Shown: positions 14,308-27,946 of the stretch, piece after piece
Numbering within the stretch: the stretch's first letter is position 1
Layout of the letters: each line of letters opens with the position of its first letter
Source: Antedon mediterranea
Taxonomy: Eukaryota; Animalia; Echinodermata
DNA: 64,000 bases
Assembly: GCF_964355755.1 (NCBI RefSeq)
Contig: NC_092671.1
Location: 17,732,001-17,796,000, forward strand
Reading direction: 5' to 3'
Translations under genes and position numbers: made by a program
Notes under the pieces: generated by a model
What the model saw: the letters and a program-made list of their open reading frames with translations, nothing else
The model's database searches: none
What the model was told of the DNA's origin: nothing

Positions 14308-14415
14308 AATAATTCATTATTTCTTTAGTAATAATTCATTATTTCTTTAGTAATAATTCATTATTTCTTTAGTAATAATTCATTATTTCTTTAGTAATCA
14401 TAATTCATTATTTCT
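14308..14415. repeat. Tandem repeat, 22-bp unit (taataattcattatttctttag)
   Basis: About 4.5 copies, in the 3' UTR region of neurotrophin-like gene 2. Confidence 0.9.
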
Positions 14416-14486
14416 CCTTCTTTTTTTAATGATGCAACGCTTTTGTTTTGAAAACTTTTTTGAGATTGTTATACACGGTAGAGGTG

Positions 14487-17400
14487 TTAATTTTCTTTAG
14501 CGGCAGCACAGCTACAACAAGTATTTACGGCGATCCAGTCCCATATGTACCTATTGGATGAAGCTGACCATACATATGCAATGTTCCAGGAGGACTTCTG
14601 CCAACACTTTGAAGAATATCTGTAATAAAACATATCGAATCGAACAATTGGACTCGAAGAAAAGCAAAAGATTCATTTTATGGATTCATCAAAATAAGCC
14701 CCTTCCATCTCTGTTGCAGATGTCAATGACGACGAGCCGTAGACCTATCATGTCAACGATAAAAATTTCATGCAGTATTGTGACAGTAGTATTCATCCCG
14801 TATGGAACTCTCTTATGGCACCACCCGATCGGATAATGTCAGGAACTTCGTTGTCGCTATACATGACACAAAACAGTAACGAAAATCGAGTGGTGGAGAA
14901 GCGTTACAGTGTAATTGTTGTTATCTGTATTTATTGAGTTTGGTAAAGTATTATTGTACCAAATTGTAAACTTTAGTTGTTTTTTTGTTTGTATGGATAA
15001 TACGTGTATACATGTATTTTACTTACTGAAAGGGTTAATAATGTGAGTTGGTTATTAAAAGTGCAGATAGAAATTTGGTCGAAGAAAAGAATAGGAACAT
15101 TCTTGGATGAAGTAGAGTTGACAATCTAGACAGATTGTGATGAAAAGAAACCCTTACGTTTCTTTTCATGTACCCTACTCTACTCTATCCTACCCTAGCG
15201 TAAACTTTTATATTTTAGGTCGTAATATTAGTATTTTAGCTTACAATGGTGAGATGTTTGCGCATCTTGATGACGGCTCAGTACATTCTGTGACGTAGAA
15301 AAATTGATCTCCGAGTAACCTGACTGTTTTCTGTGATCGAGTTTCTCCAGATCCAAGTTCTTTCCAACTGCTAACACTGTTACAGATTTCTTTTAAGTGA
15401 CCACTTCGTTTCTTCTGCAAACGAAAAAAGCCGAATAAATTACTAAGTTGCTCTCTACAACCCAAATGTATAAGGTTCGGAATTCAGGACAGTATATGCT
15501 GTGGTCATCTAAGAATCATCAGTATATTTAGATAAAATTATAGAGACTCGTGTATGCCATTTAACATAATTGTTTTTGAAACTGCCCTTACAAAAAAATC
15601 TATAAAACAAATTTTATAGAAGATCTATAGATTTTCTATAAAGTTTTTTATAGAAACAATCTATTGAAATTCTATGGAAACTTTATGAAAACTCTATGGA
15701 AATTCTATAGATATTTCTATAGACACTCTATGGAAAATCTATGAAAACTCTATGGAAATTCTATGGAAACTCTATGGAAATTCAATGGAAAAGCTATGGA
15801 AATTCTATGGAAACTCTATGGAATTTCTATAGACTTTTCTATGGAAATTCTATAGAAACTTTTTATGGAAATTTTATAGACATTTCTATGAGCTAGTAAT
15901 GTAAGAGATACATTTCTTTAAATGTGAATTTAGATAATCTTTATAACCTACTATATTTTTGACGTAATGATATTGTATTTTCTACTATCGTTATATTGCT
16001 TTAGAAATATGTTATATTATTCACCCGTTTGTTCTTCGACTCTTCAACGTCGGTAACCGATGGAGGCAGTATACTTCTAAATTCCGGCTTGGTTTGTGCA
16101 AATATAACTCGGTCATTGTTGAGAGCGGGATGGCCGAGAATTTTATTGTAGAAATCTAAAATATCTTCCTGGATTATTTCAACTTGTCTATCATGCAATT
16201 TTGTACTGTCTTCTGCTTGTAGTTTTTCGATCAGGTTCACTGCAAATTCTGAGGAAATAATTGTGTTATATATATATAGGTTAAAAATCCTTTATCGTTT
16301 CAGCCCTGATACACTCTCCTGTATAACCTTACTTTCATTCTTTTTCCACATTTTATTTCTTCCAATTTCATTTTTCTCCACTTATCTGTTTATTCAATTT
16401 CCATCTTTTTCAAGAAACTCCAAGACTAGTATAACGGTTATAGTAATTAGGCCTCTAGCCTTGCTACTAACGATTTTCCCCTTTTTATCGAAAAACAAAC
16501 CCCTGGAAAAGTCATGGCTAGGCGGGCTTGCCTATTATGATGTGATGTTTCTCAATCCATCGTGCTAAAATGATTCGGACACCACTACCAGAGAGAATAT
16601 CGAACTAAGTGTATGTACATTGTAGGAATTTATTTTAATGTTAATATATTTACAAGCTATACTGTTCAATCCAATAATATATAGATTATAGTTTATTACA
16701 TGAAGATAAATGTTATAAATATTTTACCATGAAGAACTAACTGTAGCATTCCATTGTCTTTCAGTATATGTTTCATACCATCCTCGTTGCCAAAATTATC
16801 AATATTTGTATCCAAATCATAATCTATAAATAAATAAGATTTTTTTTTTAATACAGTACAAAAGCTGACAGAAACTATTTTGTTACAATTAAGATCATAC
16901 GGATGATCGTCGTAAATCTGGTTATTCCATTTATTATAAAATTCAATTTCATTTATCACAACATCGTACAACATAAAGAACTTTCTTCTTGAGACTTGAC
17001 TCTCGAATGATATATATGATTATTTTTATGAATGTTTAGTTAGCTTGTAGGCATATCTTACGTCAGAGCCCAATATATAGGGTTATGATGTAAATTAATT
17101 AGTTGATGATTGCTATTTGTTTGATTTCACAACCAGTTAATGTTCATTGTTAAAATTTCATAATGACCGCTGTTTTTCTATTTTTGTAATTACATTTTTG
17201 GTAATAACACTAATAATTTCTTTACACAAAAACAAAATCTGTTTTTAGATTGACAATTTACTTCAAGATGTTATTATTACGTAAAGTGTCAGGTGTAATA
17301 AGCTCGTATGATTACATAATATGTAAGATTTATAGAAATGACTGCGTAAAGGCAGTAATTCTCACCTTCATTACTCCCACTGATAGGTCGGATTCTGGTG

Positions 17401-19324
17401 GAAACATTCAAAGACGCTGTGTCTGTAAAGAAGATGCTTGTGTTAATTTAGCGTAATTAATTGATCCATGGAGACAATTGCTAGCATTTCCTGAATGTCA
17501 CCAGATTCGGGCAACTTCATCGTTCAAAGAACTCCCAATTGGTCGAATTAATTTTATTGATTGAATCAAGTAATTTTAGAAAATATGAATCAATGTTAAA
17601 GTCATATGAGTAGACGTTATTACACAGGCTAACATCTGATGGATAGCATCATTGTTTTAACAATATTTACCTTGTATGTCTTTCTAATAATAATTCTAAA
17701 TATTTTCTCTTGTGAGAGAAAAACAGTATTATAGTAAACACTATCTATGTAATGCCTTGTATATGATTAAATGATAAAGCCTTATATGTGAGTGATTAGC
17801 ATCCTGTATTCAAGAAGAGAGTATATTAAAATATTACATACAACCATGAGACCAATATTATAGGTCTGTGTTACTAGTGGCATAGTAAATATTGTATTAA
17901 AAAATCTTCATCGATCTACAGTAACTCTTTGGTCATTCGTCGGGTAGGCCTAGGTCTATTGAGTAAGGCTTAAAAGGTAAGTAAATTATGATATAATAAT
18001 TTAGTTTGCCATAGTAAATAAAACGTTCATGAAAACAAAAAAAGTAAATCAATAAGGCAGGATTACCAAATGTTATAACCAAAGTAACAGTCGAGAGGCT
18101 CTACACAAAGAAATACTATTAACAAATTAAATATATAAAAATAATTAAAATGTTTGAATAATTACCGTACCCTATAATTTTATTACGAGTTTGTGCGTTT
18201 AAATTCTCTATAATATTTGTTGATTTGTATTCCTCCAACGGAAAGTATTTAAAAATACAAAATTAGAAAATAAACTATGACAACGGTACCACAACTGGAA
18301 TCACGCCCTAGTAGATATGTTCACAATAGTCCCTAGGAACCTCTAATATAATTATTAATGAAATTACCACTCTTAAGGTAACAAATAAGACACCAACTCA
18401 TCCGCTTGTTGGGGAATAACAGTCCCAGTTTATCGTGAAATCGATAGAATCTTGTGAAAGTTTAGAATAAACCGGAAATCCCTGAATCGATGCAAAAGTA
18501 CAATGTCCTTCTTGAGAAGATGACCCAAGAAATACATTTTGATTTGTAAATGTGCGAAGAAGAGTTTTGAATCTAGGTTAGTTTGATTTTGTTCAATCAT
18601 TGGTTTCTTTTCTTTTATTTATTAACTAGATGTACATTTGACTATTAGAATTGTACAAAATTATAGCAATTAATATTTTAAATTTCATTTACTTTGAAGT
18701 TTGCAATGAAGAAGTGTGAATAGGTACCTAAAACTGTTACAAAAAGTTTGATTACAAAATTGGATGACAAATGTCTTTTTAAATAAGTTGTGATTAAACT
18801 GAGTACCTATTCAGAACGTTTTGGTCTCCGATATTAACCAAGTGTGATTATAAATATCTAAATTTCAAAGTATCGAAATAACTAAGTTGTTGAATATAAT
18901 ACTATAATAAAATAAAATGATAAGTAACTATACTATCTATCAAAATAATTAATCACTATATTCATCGCCATTTATCTAATCAAAATCGTTTTAGTCATTG
19001 TACAACAATTAAAAGTAACCTTAATATACATAATTTACAGTTTTATAAATTCGTAGCTAAAAATTAGTAATATTCATAAATTAGTCTTATTTAAGTATAT
19101 TTAGAAAAACCAATTTCAATTAAATTAAGTTGCAAAGTTATTCGTTCGATTAATTACTTTTTAATAAAGTTATTAACTTACGTATAAATACATGGTAGCC
19201 AATTACAATTGTAATGTAATAAAGAGAAAACTCCAAACTTACCAATTGCTAGAGTAATATGGAACAAAACAAAAATTAGGCAAAAAACTTCTACCAGTTG
19301 TTGGTTAGTGGCTAACTTAGCCAT
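14487..19324 (-). CDS. Neurotrophin (NGF-family cystine-knot) precursor 2, ~221-236 aa, 5-6 coding exons
   Basis: Exons (minus) 19324-19243 (MAKLATNQQLVEVFCLIFVLFHITLAI signal peptide), 17422-17366, optional 16823-16779, 16248-16025 (RVIFAQTKP), 15414-15245 (KKR-SGHLKEICNSVSSW...QFFYVTEC...C), 14619-14487 (YSSKCWQKSSW...WDWIAVNTCCSCAAAKEN*). GT-AG with consistent phases; RKKR furin-type site. Confidence 0.88.
15596..15890. repeat. Degenerate 11-bp tandem repeat (ctatggaaa[t/c]t)
   Basis: More than 20 units, many containing palindromic tctataga variants. Confidence 0.9.
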
Positions 19325-19436
19325 CGAATGTTGATCTAAAATGAAATATTTTCAAAAAAGGTTGGAGGAACACAAATCTCTGCCAGTCTTGGTCTGCGGT
19401 GCTCCTTATGCGATACGATTCTCCATAGCGGCGATA

Positions 19437-19443
19437 TTTTATA
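19437..19443 (-). promoter_or_regulatory. TATA box of neurotrophin-like gene 2
   Basis: TATAAAA on the minus strand about 115 bp upstream of the ATG at 19324. Confidence 0.45.
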
Positions 19444-20306
19444 GCATAATATCGAACATGAGGCGACTGAGAGATGACGATTTTGGTGACGATGTGAACG
19501 ATTATAAAGCGAGATTATAATTCAATTGATGATTGCCCAAAGAGCACACAGCTGAGTGGTAATTGATTACAAACTATTATTCTACTTGGATGGGCCATCG
19601 TTAGTGTCAAGAAGTTTCTATGAGCCTTATTAGCCTATCTTATGGTCATGTGATGACGTTATAATATTTAAATGAATCAAAGAAAAGTGACAATTAAAAC
19701 AACAATGACATCTAGTGTACATCGAACAAAGTCTAAATTTATGTTTATCTGTTCATATTTATAATGTGATTGTCGGTGTAGTGAACCATGGCGTGTTCCC
19801 TTGAAAAAAAAAAAACAATGATAATTTTTCAATTTTACCAAAAATTAAGAAAATATAGTAAAGCGGAAACCCGTTCCGTTTTATAAGAAGAATATTTTTG
19901 TTAATTTAGTTTTTGGCGCAAATGAATAAGTTTAGATAAATAACATTAAAACTAAAAAATGGCTCAGTAGGCCTACATCTTTAATATAATAAAATAGTTT
20001 TTTTTAAATAACAAAATACTTGGTAGGAAATTGACGAGTTAAGTCAATACCGTCTAGTATATCAGCTTAATGTCGCTTATCAACCAATTTCTGTATTGCG
20101 TCATCTGAAGTGGTTTTTCATCATTTTAGATTAAAAACTCCATCTGATATAACCTTGCTATGCTGTTTAATCAATCTACATGTTCAGTTTAGGCATTAGT
20201 ATTTTCAATGTGCTTTTATTCAATTCAAGACAGATGATAAGCAGCAAGACATTTTACTAACTGGTTATTGAAATGAATATGACGAATTAGCAGCAAATGT
20301 AAGAGT

Positions 20307-20464
20307 TAAGCTCTGTATACACTGTAAAAAAAAGTGTGATGTGCCCAAATATGGTAGTGATAAATTTAAATATGGTAGTGATATGTTTAAATATGGTAGT
20401 GATATAACATCCATATATGGGCACATTACATTTTGTTTGTGATAGTGTTGAAGACAGAGCTTTA
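20307..20464. mobile_element. MITE family B (TIR AAGCTCTGTCTACAC, PIF/Harbinger-like), copy 1
   Basis: aagctctgtatacac...gacagagcttta ends; internal aaatatggtagtgata repeats; homologous to 23819, 52410 and 61740. Confidence 0.7.
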
Positions 20465-20493
20465 GACCTATTTAATCAAACCAAATTGTTCGT

Positions 20494-20729
20494 TTAAAGA
20501 TATTGTCCTCCTAAAAAATAATTTGACAAAATTTTTGATAAAAAATAAATATTTACTTGAAAAACTGTAATTTAAAGGAAAAAGTCAAATTATCTGTCCG
20601 ACAATGATTTTCAATAAATAATTTTTTTTAATTTTTGTTTTTTCTACGGAAGTGAATAACTTTATTAAAACTGTGGCCTATTCAAAGTCTGATTTTATTA
20701 ATCTTCTCTTTTTGGGGGGACAATACATC
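20494..20729. mobile_element. MITE family A, copy 2
   Basis: ttaaagatattgtcctcc...gggggacaatacatc. Confidence 0.65.
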
Positions 20730-22077
20730 GGATAAAATGTTGTACGATAGTCGCTCTCATCATTAGCCCTGATATCAGCGATGTTAATGAAATGCGATAT
20801 AGGCCTATTCGAATTTTAGTTTTGAAAAATAGTTACTGTACAGTAAAATGACATTGGTAGTGCTAGAGTAATATCATGGATTGGTTTATATGGAAATAAG
20901 AAGGAATATTATTTTTCTAACTAGTAATAATAACAGTACCCAGAAGTATTAATTAACAGGTAGTGTTTTGATCATACGTTTCGCCCACACTCGCAAAACA
21001 ATAGTATTAATACACCGGAAATTATTGTAATGTATACAACAGACTCTGGTGGGAGAAATGTATTATCAAAGGTGTTATCATTATTAGGTTCCAGCTGCAT
21101 TGTTTCTTGGATGCACTATGTTAGGCTGATGGAAAAATGAATATACAGTAACAGTGTCTCAAAGCATCACTGCTTCAGATATCGTAATTTTTATTGAGAC
21201 ATCATTGATTATAAATAACTTTAACAATTCTGGTCCTCTTACCAATCTTTCTCCGCTTCATAATCGGAGGAGATTTTTCGATTTGGTTTTTCTCTTCAAA
21301 TGCTTTAACTAGGGAGTTGTTACTCCTTTTTAATTGTACTTTGTTGTCATTTTCTCCCTTAAAATGAATCGCCCTAACTCTCGCAACACTGACCTTCCTT
21401 TGCCCGTTGTTAAATCAACGTAACTAAAAATGTTTTTTTCAAAGATTATCCAAGTTTTACAATGCAATTTCCATTAAAGATAAGACTATCCACAATTTTT
21501 ATATCTAAAGTTTAAAGCTATTTTATTTTACCTTTTTGTATGTTTCATACTGTATTTTTCTGTGTTTTTACGTATATATTTATATCTAAATATTTGTAAG
21601 GCATCCTATATTGGCGATTTTTCGTAGTTGAAATAAAATAAAATGACTGTCTGTGGTATCTTGACAACGCCGGTTGTCATCACATCCAACAATTCTACCT
21701 ACTGTAATTAATTAAATCAAATAAACATTCATTTCTTTCATTTAAAATTAAAATTAACATTTTTCTTTTTGTTTCAGAGATATATTATAATAAATCATAA
21801 TAATACTAATAATTATTTTATCAATTTTATTTTAAAAATATCATTTATTGAATGTTTTTTTTTAAATCCTCTCCATGATTAATAAAATAAAATGAGTCAA
21901 ATAAGAGTATTTTAGTATACATTTTGTTTATAAGTTTATGGAAAACTTTATTTTAAACAACAAGAGTAAAAATCATCGTTTTTATAAATAGTTTTCTCCA
22001 ATATGTCATGTTATACACCTATATACAATTCGTATTGTAATATAGTGCCACGATTACAGATACAGGTGTTCCAACTT

Positions 22078-25154
<3,077 letters not shown>

Positions 25155-25286
25155 TTCTAATTTAAAAGTCTGCTGTATTCATAATAACAAATATCGCCCT
25201 CTATAGATTGGTTGCTAAATTTGGAAATCATCATTTATCAGAAAAACTTAGCACCGGAGGGGACCGACTAAGTAAGGAGGAGAAAT
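25155..25286. promoter_or_regulatory. Bidirectional promoter between HINT and the PAWR-like gene
   Basis: 132 bp between divergent ATGs (25154 minus, 25287 plus); contains an ATTGG (CCAAT box) near 25206. Confidence 0.7.
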
Positions 25287-27899
25287 ATGTCATCATATAA
25301 TATTTATGGTTCTAACAGCAGTCAGGGTAATGGAAGTGTTGGTTTGTCTAGCCGAAGTTCATTAACTAGCGATCGTGAACCGTATTCATCACGTATTCGT
25401 AATAGAGAGATAGATAATGGAAATTATGAAGAGACAACAAGGTACGTAGGCTATCACAGTTTGAAAAGTTTTTATGTACCTACCCATGTAATTGGTAGGC
25501 GTGCACACACAGCATAGATTCCGAAGCAATTCAACTAACAATAATAGTATTGGTCTAAGAACAATCTTTGTTTTGGATAATTGCAAATATAATACTAGCT
25601 AGGTTGAATTAAAATATATTTCTTAGTCTTACAGTAGTATAATCAATTTTAAAGAAAAATGTACATGCTTACCTTATTTGAAAGTTTTATGATGGTATTC
25701 CCCATAAAATCAAATTATAAGCCAAGTGGGTGGCAATAAACCACAGTGGTATTGAGATATAAAACTGTAAACCTGGCAATTACCTAGTACAGTAGTTGCA
25801 TCATTTTTTTGCAAAAGAATACATTTGTTTAACAAATGTATTCTTTTTATTCTAATAAAAGTACTGCAGTACTTTTAAATGCATAATATGTTTTACATTT
25901 TTATATAAAAGGTTTTTAAATGTTGATATTTTTTCTTTTGGGAATTTGTGACTTTCCTTATTATTAGTCGCATAAGTGCTTTAAGATCAAGTCCAAGATA
26001 TAGAAGAAACGAATCAAAAGAGAGTACAGAATCAAAGAAAATGCAAAATTTAGGAGAGGATGAAGCAGGGGGCGCTGAAGTAGCATGTTCTAGCCCCAGT
26101 CAGAGACTTAAAGAACGTAAAGGGGCTTCTTCATCCCCTCGTTCGGGTAAATTTGCAAACAGAAGGATGCGGGAAAAACGAAGGGGAACAGGAAAAGTTG
26201 TAGTAGAGGTAAGGGATGAGTATGCAATCAGATTTTATTATTTATTTCTGTTGGTTGATGATTCCTCTTCAATTAAAGACACCCAATTTTTTGTCCCAAA
26301 TTAAAGGTTGAATACAAACAATACTGAACAATAATTAGAATTGCCTTAAAAAAGCCCTATATATAAAATGGAATAACCCGTTTCTTAACAAACAAATAAC
26401 TTTTTACAAAATCTGAATATTTAAATACTCACCTATATAAAGGTATATATAATTAGAACGTCTAAGACCGTATTTCATTGCACTGATGATGTTGTTCGGA
26501 ACAAACTCAAGTTTATTTTAATTTTACTATGCTGTCGGAAGTTCGGCAACATTATTCATGACATCACATTAAATACTTTGGTTTCAATCAAAGTTCAAAA
26601 GTTGGAAAAGCTCTCGAAAAAATCCGTAAAAGCAGTAGCTGATATAAACTACTTAAAAAATACTGTACTTAACCTTTCCATAAAGTACACAGTAAAGTTG
26701 TTATTAAAGGAAGCCTCATAGGGTATTCAATGCTATTTTTGTTTTGATATATCCTGGTGGTAATATTGCACTAACTTAACTAACACTTACAATAATAAAT
26801 ATTTACCTTTCAGTTCCTATATAGGAAGTTTTACTAGAAAGTTGATATAAAAATGTTACATTTTTTTAATATAAATGCCAGCTTGTATAACTAGGATAAA
26901 AATTGGCACTTTTATTAATTTGTATAGTGTTTATATACCCACCATGTATTATATATTTTATGTAAGTATTTCGATGTGGAGAGCCTCTCGACGGTTATTT
27001 TTATTTATAACTTTTAGGTTATCCGCCCTCATTGACTTACTTTTGTATTGTTTTTTTTTTGTACTGTTCTGTATATTGGCGAAATAAATGATATGATATG
27101 ATATTTCAAACACACTTCTAATTTGAGACCCCTACTACCCAGATAAGTTAGGTGTCCTTTGTATAAATCGATGCTATAAAATAAATGGAAAATTATATTT
27201 AAATCAATTAATAGTTTGTGTTATACAAATCAATAAGTAAATAAAACATAGTTTAACATATATTCCTAATGCCAAAAAAAAATAGTGGAAAGCATCATGT
27301 TTGTTTGTTTGTTTGTTTTTATTGATTTTCCACACAAAATGAATATGATAATTGAGTAACAATAAACATATATATATACAAGAAAGACGTGTGGCTGGTG
27401 GGAAAATAAGTTCAAAGAACTTTAAGGCTTACCCACCAGAAAAGATACAATAAACATAATTTATTGGAAAGTGCAAGTTGGCTTCACAGTCAATCTTCTA
27501 TAGTAGGTCTATCTATCTGAAAATTTCTTAGTTTTTGAGTACTTTCTATCTCCATACTTATCAGATTTATCCTTAGTAAGGTTTGTTCTAGTAGTTAGTG
27601 TGATAGCCCTTTAAATTTTAGTAAAATTAAGGTGTTTTTTTTTTACCTTTTTTTCTAGGCCACTTTCGTGTCTCACAGTGGTTGTAACATTGAAGAGGTC
27701 ATAGGCCTTTAGTGAGTCTAGACCATACCAATTTGACTAGTATCTGCCTAAGCTGTTAGGCTAGCTAGTGTTACTTCTTCTGTTTTTTACTTATTTTTGT
27801 TTTATTTGCAGTTTTTTTTTCTCTTATTCTTCTTTTTTTGGTAATTTAGTATTAGGCAAATTAGGCTGTTATTACATAGTAAGATATACTTAGGCCTAT

Positions 27900-27946
<47 letters not shown>

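Noticed and set aside
14500-18580. Possible antisense transcript to neurotrophin-like gene 2 (plus-strand acceptors near 14500 and 14718, donors near 17977 and 18577; ORF 14558-14836)
   Set aside because: Isolated splice-like motifs are expected by chance in AT-rich DNA and no coherent exon chain could be built.
21140-21645. Possible decayed LINE 3' end
   Set aside because: Only faint protein similarity and an AATAAA-like tail; too degraded to call.
26478-26510. gcactgatga, a possible second hammerhead
   Set aside because: No GAAA box after a stem II.
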